A DNA stretch of 64,000 nt from a virus. Positions 50,403 to 58,121 of this stretch are shown one piece after another; the first letter of the stretch is position 1; the number at the start of each line of letters is the position of its first letter. Both the position numbers and the translations under genes were made by a program. Location of the stretch: IMG/VR virus record IMGVR_UViG_3300044946_000220, positions 1-64,000 of that record; one strand, 5' to 3'. The notes under the pieces were generated by a model that had not been told where the DNA came from, searched no databases, and saw only the letters and a list, made by a program, of their open reading frames with translations.

Positions 50403-50777
50403 ATGAGCAACGTAAACAAGCGAAAACGAGCAACACTCCCTGTGCTGACGGCGAAGCAAGCGGAGGAGCTGCTGCTGTACTTTGACGGCAACCAGCCTTC
50501 GGAGCCAGGGGCCGAGTCAACGCACGGCGCTGTGGTGAAGTGGCTAGCGCGCGGGCAGTTGGAGGCTCCGGACATGCTGTCTTCGTCAGAAGACGAGATG
50601 CTTGAGTACCTGGATGCCAAGCGAGAGTGGGACATGGTGGAGGCGAAGGTAGAGAAATGCTCAGACGCAACCCTAGGCGTTCTTGCAGCGTGGTTCGCGG
50701 CAAAAGAGGTGGATCGTCACCGAGTCGCAGACGACGAGGTCTTGGCGGCGGCGTGCAAGGAGTACGCAGCAACATGA
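50403..50777 (+). CDS. Hypothetical protein
   Basis: 124-aa ORF coupled to the kinase. Confidence 0.55.
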   Translation: MSNVNKRKRATLPVLTAKQAEELLLYFDGNQPSEPGAESTHGAVVKWLARGQLEAPDMLSSSEDEMLEYLDAKREWDMVEAKVEKCSDATLGVLAAWFAAKEVDRHRVADDEVLAAACKEYAAT

Positions 50778-51229
50778 ACGTCATCGTCTTGAGTGGGTGC
50801 AGCGGGAGTGGGAAGTCCACATACGCCAAGAAGCTGCTGGAAGACGCCAACGGCCGCGCCACGTGCGTTAGTGCAGACCACTATTTTGAGCGTGGCGGGT
50901 ACTATGATTTCAAGTCCGATGAGTTGCCACAGGCCCACGGCTACTGCTTCCGCCGGTTCATCAACGCCCTTCGCGACGGCAACGCCGGTGTGCTGGACAC
51001 GATCATCATTGACAACACAAACCAGTCTGCGGCGAACATTTCGCCGTACTTCCTCGGCGCGCAAGCCTTCGGCTGGACGTCGGAGTTGGTGACGGTGCTG
51101 TGCGACGTTGAGGTGGCCGCCGCGCGCAACAAGCACGGGGTTCCGCCGGAGAAGGTGAGACAGCAGGCCGCGCGAATTGCAAAGCGGCAGGTCCCGAAGA
51201 CGTGGAAGCAAAGGACGGTGGAACTGTGA
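50774..51229 (+). CDS. P-loop polynucleotide-kinase-like protein
   Basis: GCSGSGKST, SADHYF, AHGYC, IIDNTN, RNKHGVP. Confidence 0.9.
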   Translation: MNVIVLSGCSGSGKSTYAKKLLEDANGRATCVSADHYFERGGYYDFKSDELPQAHGYCFRRFINALRDGNAGVLDTIIIDNTNQSAANISPYFLGAQAFGWTSELVTVLCDVEVAAARNKHGVPPEKVRQQAARIAKRQVPKTWKQRTVEL

Positions 51230-52323
51230 CATTGGACATGAGTGTGTTTGGTCGAGAGCTTGGCCGTATTCTGAACGTGCCGAAGATGGCGGCCGAGGGG
51301 CATCCGCTGCTTGAGCGCGTGATGCGGAATGAACAGTTTTACGGTAACACCCATGTGTCGCCATGCACCGACGGTCTGCCGTTGGGCAGAAGCGTCACAT
51401 ACACGAGCGTCCACGCGCACAAGCAGCCTCAGATCAACTGGCTGACGCATCGCCTGAAGGACTACGAGCGCGTGGTGCTGGACTCATATCCGGAGCGCGC
51501 AATTGCGGACTGCAAGTTCGCCGTGAGATGCCTTGGCGATCGGCTGTCGCGGGCCCTGTACACGACCACCAAGTCCAAGGGTTTTGACGGAACGTTCACG
51601 ACTGACAACGTGGTGGATCCGCTGAGCGACTGGGTGCCTCCGTATGCGCCGGGGAAAGGCGACTGTTGGCGCGGTGTAGATCGTACGACAGATCCCGCGC
51701 GTCTCGCTGGGCAACGACTGAACGCATCCGGCGCTGTGGCGTCAGAGGCCCTCATCCTAGCCGACCAGCTTGGCGTGCGCGAAGGGTCCGATGAAGACGA
51801 ACCGTTGTACGTGAACCCGATCACGCACTGTCGCATCCCCAAGTCGGACCGACGCGCCTCCATGGTGCTGGACTATTCGTGCCCAGAGGACACGATCTGG
51901 CGGCTGCCGGACGGATGTCTGGAGATTCTGAGCGCTTGGCACGCGCCGCAACTGCTGGACTGGGATAGTAGGCCCATTGTGCGGCGAGATGACGGCAAGA
52001 TGGAGGTGCGACTGGGGTTCTACGGAAACACCGTTATGAAGAATGTGGGTAAGGTGGTACGCATTATGGGTTTGAGCCTACCGGAGGTGAAGCCCAGTGC
52101 GACGTGGGTCATCGGCAGCGGCAGACCGTTCAGCGAGTTGCCCACGCTGAAGGAGCCGGCGTCCGACGTGTGCGAATCCACAATTCTGTCCTACGGGAAG
52201 ATGCCTGCGCCAGTGGTGACGCCGCCCGCAATCGCCGAGAAGGCGTGCCCCAATCCTACGTGCGGGAAGATGAATGACGTGGGCACGACTAAGTGCTGGT
52301 TCTGTACTGGGAGCTTGACGTGA
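51226..52323 (+). CDS. Degenerate major-capsid-like protein with C-terminal zinc ribbon
   Basis: HPLL..EQFYG, GRSVTY, GVDRTTDPARLAG.R, REG, EVRLGFYGN recall a phage MCP family; ends CPNPTC..KCWFC. Confidence 0.55.
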   Translation: MTLDMSVFGRELGRILNVPKMAAEGHPLLERVMRNEQFYGNTHVSPCTDGLPLGRSVTYTSVHAHKQPQINWLTHRLKDYERVVLDSYPERAIADCKFAVRCLGDRLSRALYTTTKSKGFDGTFTTDNVVDPLSDWVPPYAPGKGDCWRGVDRTTDPARLAGQRLNASGAVASEALILADQLGVREGSDEDEPLYVNPITHCRIPKSDRRASMVLDYSCPEDTIWRLPDGCLEILSAWHAPQLLDWDSRPIVRRDDGKMEVRLGFYGNTVMKNVGKVVRIMGLSLPEVKPSATWVIGSGRPFSELPTLKEPASDVCESTILSYGKMPAPVVTPPAIAEKACPNPTCGKMNDVGTTKCWFCTGSLT

Positions 52324-52479
52324 AGCAACCCAAGAAACTGCGCCGCAAGGCATTGGCTCGCGCACGCCGCAAGCTGGCCGCACTCCAGTCGCGTAACGCG
52401 AGGCCGCGCACGATCAAGCGACAGAAGGATCGTTGGGCGAAGCGAACGGCGGCACAATTCATGTACGACAGGCTGCAAG

Positions 52480-53112
52480 ATGGCTGATCTGCCCAAAGCG
52501 ATCATCTGCGACCTCGACGGCAGTCTCGCCTTGATTGGGCCGAGAAACCCTTACGACGCCGCCAAGTGCGAGGTAGATACGCTGAACTGGCCTGTAGCCG
52601 CTACCGTGCACGCCCTTCGCAACGCAGGCTACCGTGTCATATTCATGTCTGGCCGCAAGGAGTGCGATCGAAAGCCAACCGTTGACTGGATCCGCAAGAA
52701 CATGCTCAGCGGCGTGTGCGGTTGGGTTGAATGCGTAGACTACGAGCTTTTCATGCGCGAAACGGACGATAACCGTCCTGACAATGTGGTGAAAGTCGAG
52801 CTTTTTGAGAAGTACGTGAAGCCTAGGTACGACGTGCTTCTGACGTTAGACGATCGCAAAAAAGTGGTCCGCGCGTGGAGGGACGCACTGGGGCTCGTAT
52901 GCCTGCAGGTCAACGACGGTCCGCTAGAGAAAACGGACTGCATTCATTGCGGAGGAAGCGGCACCAGTAAGGCCCTTGTAGGCGATGAGCAAGAAGCCGC
53001 GTTGGCGCTATGCGATCTGGTGGGTAAGCCGTCCTGGGAGCCGCACCTGCGTGAAGCCGAGTATGCAATCAAGTCGATTATCAAGGCTGTGAGCAAAGGG
53101 AGAGCGAGATGA
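52480..53112 (+). CDS. HAD phosphatase, T4 PNK 3'-phosphatase-like
   Basis: CDLDGSL, MSGR, LFMRETDDNRPD..VK, DDR..VV..WR..GL.CLQV. Confidence 0.9.
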   Translation: MADLPKAIICDLDGSLALIGPRNPYDAAKCEVDTLNWPVAATVHALRNAGYRVIFMSGRKECDRKPTVDWIRKNMLSGVCGWVECVDYELFMRETDDNRPDNVVKVELFEKYVKPRYDVLLTLDDRKKVVRAWRDALGLVCLQVNDGPLEKTDCIHCGGSGTSKALVGDEQEAALALCDLVGKPSWEPHLREAEYAIKSIIKAVSKGRAR

Positions 53113-53828
53113 TTTATGCACTGTGTTTGTGTCTTACGGCGGCCCTGATCGTCAGTCGAGTGCTTGCGCGACTCGGGCGCCTTAGACTAGCGGATGAAAA
53201 CGAACTGCAGGCAAGCCGGTTACAGGTGGCCAACAATGTTATCAACGCCGAGCGAATGCTACACAAAGAGTTGCGCGCCGAGCGAGACGGTTTGCGCGCC
53301 GAGCTTGCCGCAAAGGCCAATACGGTTGCGGTCGCCCCAAAGTGGGAGACGTGGCACAAGAGCGGCAATTGGCCGTCGTTTCGCGAGCGAGAAGAAGCTG
53401 GAGATCCGTGGGTGTCCACCCTAAATCAGTTGCGAAAAGAGCTGAGCGCCCTACAAAACCACGAGCGAACTATCTCCGATTTGCGAACGAAACAAAACGC
53501 TCTCGTGACGGAGATGCACTACGTGTCTGGTGCCATGTTGAAGTCAGAGAAGGTGGCCGAGGAGTTGCGCTTCAGGTTGAAGCGCAGGGATGTGCGAATC
53601 AGGGTGCTGGAGGCCGAGGCTGTGCTTTACGGGCGCAAGCCGCCTGTGGCAAGGTTCGCCACACCCAAGGGCTGGGATGCGTGGGACGACAAGAAGCAAA
53701 ATAAGTGGCTGCTTGACAACATGAAGCCGCTACTTGCGGCTCATCCGCCCTATCCGCTCGGCCGCCCACCGGAAGACGACAAGTCTCAATCGAAACCCAG
53801 TACAAGGAAGGCAAAGGCCAAGAAATGA
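53109..53828 (+). CDS. Membrane-anchored coiled-coil protein
   Basis: Hydrophobic N-terminus followed by heptads. Confidence 0.55.
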   Translation: MIYALCLCLTAALIVSRVLARLGRLRLADENELQASRLQVANNVINAERMLHKELRAERDGLRAELAAKANTVAVAPKWETWHKSGNWPSFREREEAGDPWVSTLNQLRKELSALQNHERTISDLRTKQNALVTEMHYVSGAMLKSEKVAEELRFRLKRRDVRIRVLEAEAVLYGRKPPVARFATPKGWDAWDDKKQNKWLLDNMKPLLAAHPPYPLGRPPEDDKSQSKPSTRKAKAKK

Positions 53829-54133
53829 CGATCAATAACAACAGCAACACCAATCGCAACGTCGACGTGAACAACGACACCCTCGCTTCGGCGATGCGGA
53901 CGATTATCAACGATCGGCTGACGATTGATACGCATACGCCGACCAACAACAACGTGAATGCCACCCAGAACGACGACTTCGAGCCCACGCACGTCATTGT
54001 CAGCGGCTTCGGCGTCACGATCAGCGAGTTTCTGGATCCGGACGAGTACACCAATAACGCGATCTACGGCGAGACGCTGGTGCGCATGGTGGCTGCGTAC
54101 AACTCGGCGGACAAGGTGCTGACGGGAACGTGA
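53825..54133 (+). CDS. Asn-rich small protein
   Basis: MTINNNSNTNRNVDVNND... Confidence 0.6.
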   Translation: MTINNNSNTNRNVDVNNDTLASAMRTIINDRLTIDTHTPTNNNVNATQNDDFEPTHVIVSGFGVTISEFLDPDEYTNNAIYGETLVRMVAAYNSADKVLTGT

Positions 54134-54768
54134 TCGGGGACGGCGCCATCTTCGCCGAGGAGCTTGGTAGGCACTTGAAAATGTCTACCAAGCGCGCGCG
54201 AAGGCTGATGTGGGAAGTGTTTGCCAGATACGGCGAGACGGTTGTTTCCGCCGTGCCTGGCAAGCGCGGGTTCAGGCCTTGGACCACCTGGGCGGCGTGG
54301 GAAAGCAGGTTGCCTTCCCTTAGGTCTGGCGGAAAGGACATTTTTGACAGAGTTTCTACACTGGAGACTGAGATCGCTAGGCTAAAGGCCCACTTAGGGC
54401 CACAAGGTGGAGGAATCTAACCTTATAGGTAGGAGCATGTCGCAACAGGAACTGACTGGATCTCGCGCTTCTGCGCCTCCCAGCCTGTGCACGAAATGTG
54501 CGCCGCCCCAAACGGGACATCGGCGCGTCTTGCTCAGCTTTTCGACTAGTGCCAGCCGCGTTACGCTTGAGCCGGGCATCGACCCTCGCTCTGACGCTTT
54601 GTCCAACGCGGCGCGCACTAACCGGCCCGGGAATGGGGGAACACCCCAGATGGGCCATTTTGCGGTCGCTACCCGTCTCGCTAGGTGCACGCGCTGGTCG
54701 CGTCCACTGGTACCCTGCGTGCGGTCGGCCGTTGCCGGTTATGTTCGGGTAGCTCCCGACTCCGGCGT

Positions 54769-54830
54769 GCAGTCGGCGGCGGTAAAGGGCCGCGCGACGT
54801 CCCCCAGTTCGACTCTGGGCGTCTGCACCG
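54769..54830 (+). ncRNA. tRNA-like element lacking an anticodon arm
   Basis: Acceptor gcagtcg/cgtctgc (1 mismatch), hairpin gcggc-ggtaaagg-gccgc, canonical T arm cccag-TTCGACT-ctggg, then A-CCG. Confidence 0.5.
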
Positions 54831-54891
54831 GGCGGCCACGGCCAGGACGATGGGCGCTTGCCTGTGGCGGGCAGCGCAGCGGTTGCGGGCG

Positions 54892-55146
54892 ATGAGGCGG
54901 CACTACGTCTTTTCGGCGATTGTGGCCGTCCTGGCCATCGCCTTCACTGTTTTCTCGTGTGGCGGCATCCTTGCGACACCATACTGCCTTGCGGGGCACC
55001 ACTACTGCGGCGGAATCGCCGAAGGCGCCGCTGTTTGCTGCCCCAACACTGCGGTGTGCGGGACCGATGTAAATCGGTGTCCACGGGGCGAATGTTGTCC
55101 CCTGGCCGACGCCCCTCCCGGCACCAAGCCGGACGGCGACTTTTGA
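54892..55146 (+). CDS. Cys-rich putative lipoprotein
   Basis: MRRH + hydrophobic + VFS-C lipobox-like site; YC..YC..CCP..C..CP..CCP. Confidence 0.65.
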   Translation: MRRHYVFSAIVAVLAIAFTVFSCGGILATPYCLAGHHYCGGIAEGAAVCCPNTAVCGTDVNRCPRGECCPLADAPPGTKPDGDF

Positions 55147-55202
55147 TCACGCAGGCCGTTCCCGTGACCCTCCTCCACGCGTGGGACGGCCGAACTCTTC
55201 GA

Positions 55203-55275
55203 TGCGAGGTAGCACAATTGGCAGTGCTTTCGTCTGTTACACGAAATTATACAGGTCCGAATCCTGTCTTCGCAG
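55203..55275 (+). tRNA. tRNA-Asn(GTT)
   Basis: Acceptor tgcgagg/cttcgca, D arm gcac/gtgc, anticodon arm ttcgt-ctGTTac-acgaa, T arm acagg-tccgaat-cctgt, discriminator G; no encoded CCA. Confidence 0.85.
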
Positions 55276-55302
55276 CCGACATCGCCAATCGATACAAGTA
55301 GT

Positions 55303-55758
55303 ATGCCTACCCGCAATCAGCCGATCTACCAGCAACTCGTTGACGCCGTCATTGAGCGAGACGCGTCCTGCGGCGTGCAGTCGCTGCCTAGCGCGCGCGA
55401 TCTGGCGATCAAAAGCTGCCTTGCGTCTACGGACTTCTCGCTGTACTTTGCCTCTTCGGCTGCGGCCAAGTTTGGGGGCGACTACCGAGCTTCGTGCGAC
55501 GGCCTCAACGTAACTGGCCTTCCTGGCCTTCCTGTTTCGCGCCACGGCCTTGAGCTGACCGCCCTTGTGCTGGCCGACGTGCGCGCACGCGAGGGCAACG
55601 GCTCGCCCGACGGTGGCCACCCTACGTTCAACATCGACGACTACCTGACTGATCAACCGCACCTGGTGCCTGATCGTTCTAACTGGCGCAACCCAGACCC
55701 AGGCGGCGGCGCTGGCGCGGCACGCCCAGTTGAGTACGAGTACCGGAAGGCGGCATAG
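55303..55758 (+). CDS. Hypothetical protein
   Basis: 151-aa ORF coupled to the methyltransferase. Confidence 0.55.
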   Translation: MPTRNQPIYQQLVDAVIERDASCGVQSLPSARDLAIKSCLASTDFSLYFASSAAAKFGGDYRASCDGLNVTGLPGLPVSRHGLELTALVLADVRAREGNGSPDGGHPTFNIDDYLTDQPHLVPDRSNWRNPDPGGGAGAARPVEYEYRKAA

Positions 55759-56393
55759 TGGTTACGGCCGCCAAGCTACCGCATGGGTTCCGGTGCCACA
55801 GTTCCCTCGTGCACGGCCTAGAGCTTGTCTTCGGCGGCCTATACGAAGTGGACATGGAGCCGCACCCCGGCACCGTGCTGGACATCGGCGGCAACGCTGG
55901 CGCATTCACGATGTGGGCCCTTGGCCGCTGGCCGGGCGCGAGGATCACAACGTATGAGCCATCGGCAGCCACGCTGAGGAACCTGTACGAAAACGTAAAA
56001 CCGGAGACGCGCAACGGCTTAGTCACAATCGTTGGCAAGGCCGTCACATCATTGCCGGGGCCGTACGCGTTTCTTCACGACGGACGCCAGAACACCGGTG
56101 AACGGTCTCTGTATGACATGGGCGACCAGCTTGTCACTGGCGAAAGTGTTGCCGTGGAGCACCCCGAGGACTTGCCGCAAGCGGACTTCCTCAAGCTGGA
56201 TTGCGAAGGCGCTGAGCTGGACATACTGACCCACTACCCGCTGCTGGACAAGTGCCGCGCCGTCGCGTTGGAGTGGCACATCCCCGAGCAGTTGCCGGAC
56301 ATCATCACGACGCTCGCGAAGGCTGGACTGCGCATCTGCGCGCAAGACCGCCAAGAGCGTATGTTGAAATTCAAGCACCACACCGAACTGTGA
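55758..56393 (+). CDS. FkbM-family methyltransferase
   Basis: VLDIGGNAGAF, YEP, FLKLDCEGAE, LEWH. Confidence 0.9.
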   Translation: MVTAAKLPHGFRCHSSLVHGLELVFGGLYEVDMEPHPGTVLDIGGNAGAFTMWALGRWPGARITTYEPSAATLRNLYENVKPETRNGLVTIVGKAVTSLPGPYAFLHDGRQNTGERSLYDMGDQLVTGESVAVEHPEDLPQADFLKLDCEGAELDILTHYPLLDKCRAVALEWHIPEQLPDIITTLAKAGLRICAQDRQERMLKFKHHTEL

Positions 56394-56644
56394 TTGTGAC
56401 AAAGCTTATCTCCGTCACGAACGCGCAGTGGACGCTGTTGCAGCGTATTGTTCGCGGGATCCGGCTTCCGCTGAAACGGTATAGCCACGTGACGAGCGCG
56501 CAGGTCCGCGCCCTTTCGCGCAAGCACTGCATTGCCCATGTCGGCCATGCCCACTGGGTTATCACCCGCTTCGGCCGCGAGCTAATCGCTGGCAAGGGCA
56601 AGGCCCTGTATTCGGATGCGGAGCACGGCGGCAAGTTCTTCTAG

Positions 56645-57055
56645 ATGGCGATCACTTCGACAATTGCGGTTACGGTGGACGTAAACGGTGATGGACAGGT
56701 CAGTGGGCCTGAATCCATTGGTACCGTTGCGAATCCGGCCAGTCCCGCATCACTGCAGCAATATCAGCTTGTGCTCGGCAACATCGCCCTGGTGCTTCCA
56801 CTTGGCTTTGCGGTGAACTACCTGATGATCGACGCGAACACCACGACGTCCGGACAGACCCTTACAATCAAGGGCAACTCAGGAGATGTTGGCGTGACGC
56901 TGTCCAGCTCGATGCCGAGCCTGATCCCGGTGTCCAATGTAAACCCGTTCGTGACGTTTTTCAACCCAGACTTCGACTTCCCAGAGCCAACGCCGGTTGG
57001 CCAGGTTTGGCTTGAGGCGACCGGGCCCGGGCTTCTTGGCGTTGGCTGGTTCTGA
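56645..57055 (+). CDS. Beta-rich putative virion protein
   Basis: TIKGNSGDVGVTL..P motif shared with the next ORF. Confidence 0.55.
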   Translation: MAITSTIAVTVDVNGDGQVSGPESIGTVANPASPASLQQYQLVLGNIALVLPLGFAVNYLMIDANTTTSGQTLTIKGNSGDVGVTLSSSMPSLIPVSNVNPFVTFFNPDFDFPEPTPVGQVWLEATGPGLLGVGWF

Positions 57056-57459
57056 TGTCTCGTTACGCGAATTTGCAAATCAACATCCAGTGCGTTGGCG
57101 GCACTGGGCGCCGCGACACGATTTGCCGCACGCCGCTGGCGTTGGTTTCGCAGACGCTCACCACGAACCCGTCAGCGCTCAGCAGCAACACGCCAAGTGA
57201 GCTTTCGTACATTCAATTTCAGGCCGGCTACAACACCGTCGCGCTGCCGAACTCGTTCACGCAGAACTTCCCCATCCTCTACGTCGTCATTGCGCCGCCC
57301 ACTACGTCCACCAACGGCAAACTGCTGATGGGCAACGCCGCTGACGTGGGCGTTAGCCTTGTGCCCAATCTTCCGATGGTGCTGGCCGTTGGGCCACAGG
57401 TGACGAGCTTTGGTATTCAAAGCCAATTCAGCGAGAATTGTGACTGGTGGGTGATCTAA
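57055..57459 (+). CDS. Beta-rich putative virion protein (paralogue of previous)
   Basis: LLMGNAADVGVSL..P. Confidence 0.55.
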   Translation: MSRYANLQINIQCVGGTGRRDTICRTPLALVSQTLTTNPSALSSNTPSELSYIQFQAGYNTVALPNSFTQNFPILYVVIAPPTTSTNGKLLMGNAADVGVSLVPNLPMVLAVGPQVTSFGIQSQFSENCDWWVI

Positions 57460-57682
57460 TGGAAGCCGATGCGCCGTGCCTTAGCTGCATGTCTCTGACT
57501 GAGAAGATCAAGAGGCTGGAGCACAACCTGAAGCGCACGCAGGCCGACTTGGCGCACCAGAAGCACCTCAACAGCGGGCTTCGCGAAGAGCTTACCGAGA
57601 ATCTGCCCGAGCCGGACACGGTTGCCGAGCCTGTGGATCCCACGCGCCGCTTCGTTCCGCGTCCGCCACTTTTCTAGACACT

Positions 57683-58108
57683 TTGACTCAACTCGACACA
57701 CTTGAAGGCGTGCTGAAGATCCGCCCCGGGCAACCTGGCGATCGAAGCTATGTGCTTAGGAGCTGGATCTCCAGCTTCAACAAGAGCCCACTGGCCAGAG
57801 CCCTGGGCGAGAACTACTACAAGGTGTACTCGCCCGTTGTTGAGCGCCAGTACGCGCGCAGCCAGATCCGCATTGCTTGCATGTCGGACGAGCCTGGGGC
57901 AATCGTTGGCTTCGCCGTGCTGGAGCCAGAGCGTTCCACGGTACATTTCGTGTGCGTTCGCGAGAAGTGGAGACGCAAAGGCGTTGCCTCACTTCTGCTT
58001 GCTAACGAGCTAAAGCAAACCGGCATTCAGTACACGCACTCCGCGCCACCGTACATTCGCGCGCCTCAGGTGTGGTCGTACATGCCACTATCAGGAGCAT
58101 TCAGTTGA
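57683..58108 (+). CDS. GNAT-family acetyltransferase
   Basis: IVGFAV..VHFVCVREKWRRKGVASLLL. Confidence 0.8.
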   Translation: MTQLDTLEGVLKIRPGQPGDRSYVLRSWISSFNKSPLARALGENYYKVYSPVVERQYARSQIRIACMSDEPGAIVGFAVLEPERSTVHFVCVREKWRRKGVASLLLANELKQTGIQYTHSAPPYIRAPQVWSYMPLSGAFS

Positions 58109-58121
58109 CAGGAGCAACAGT

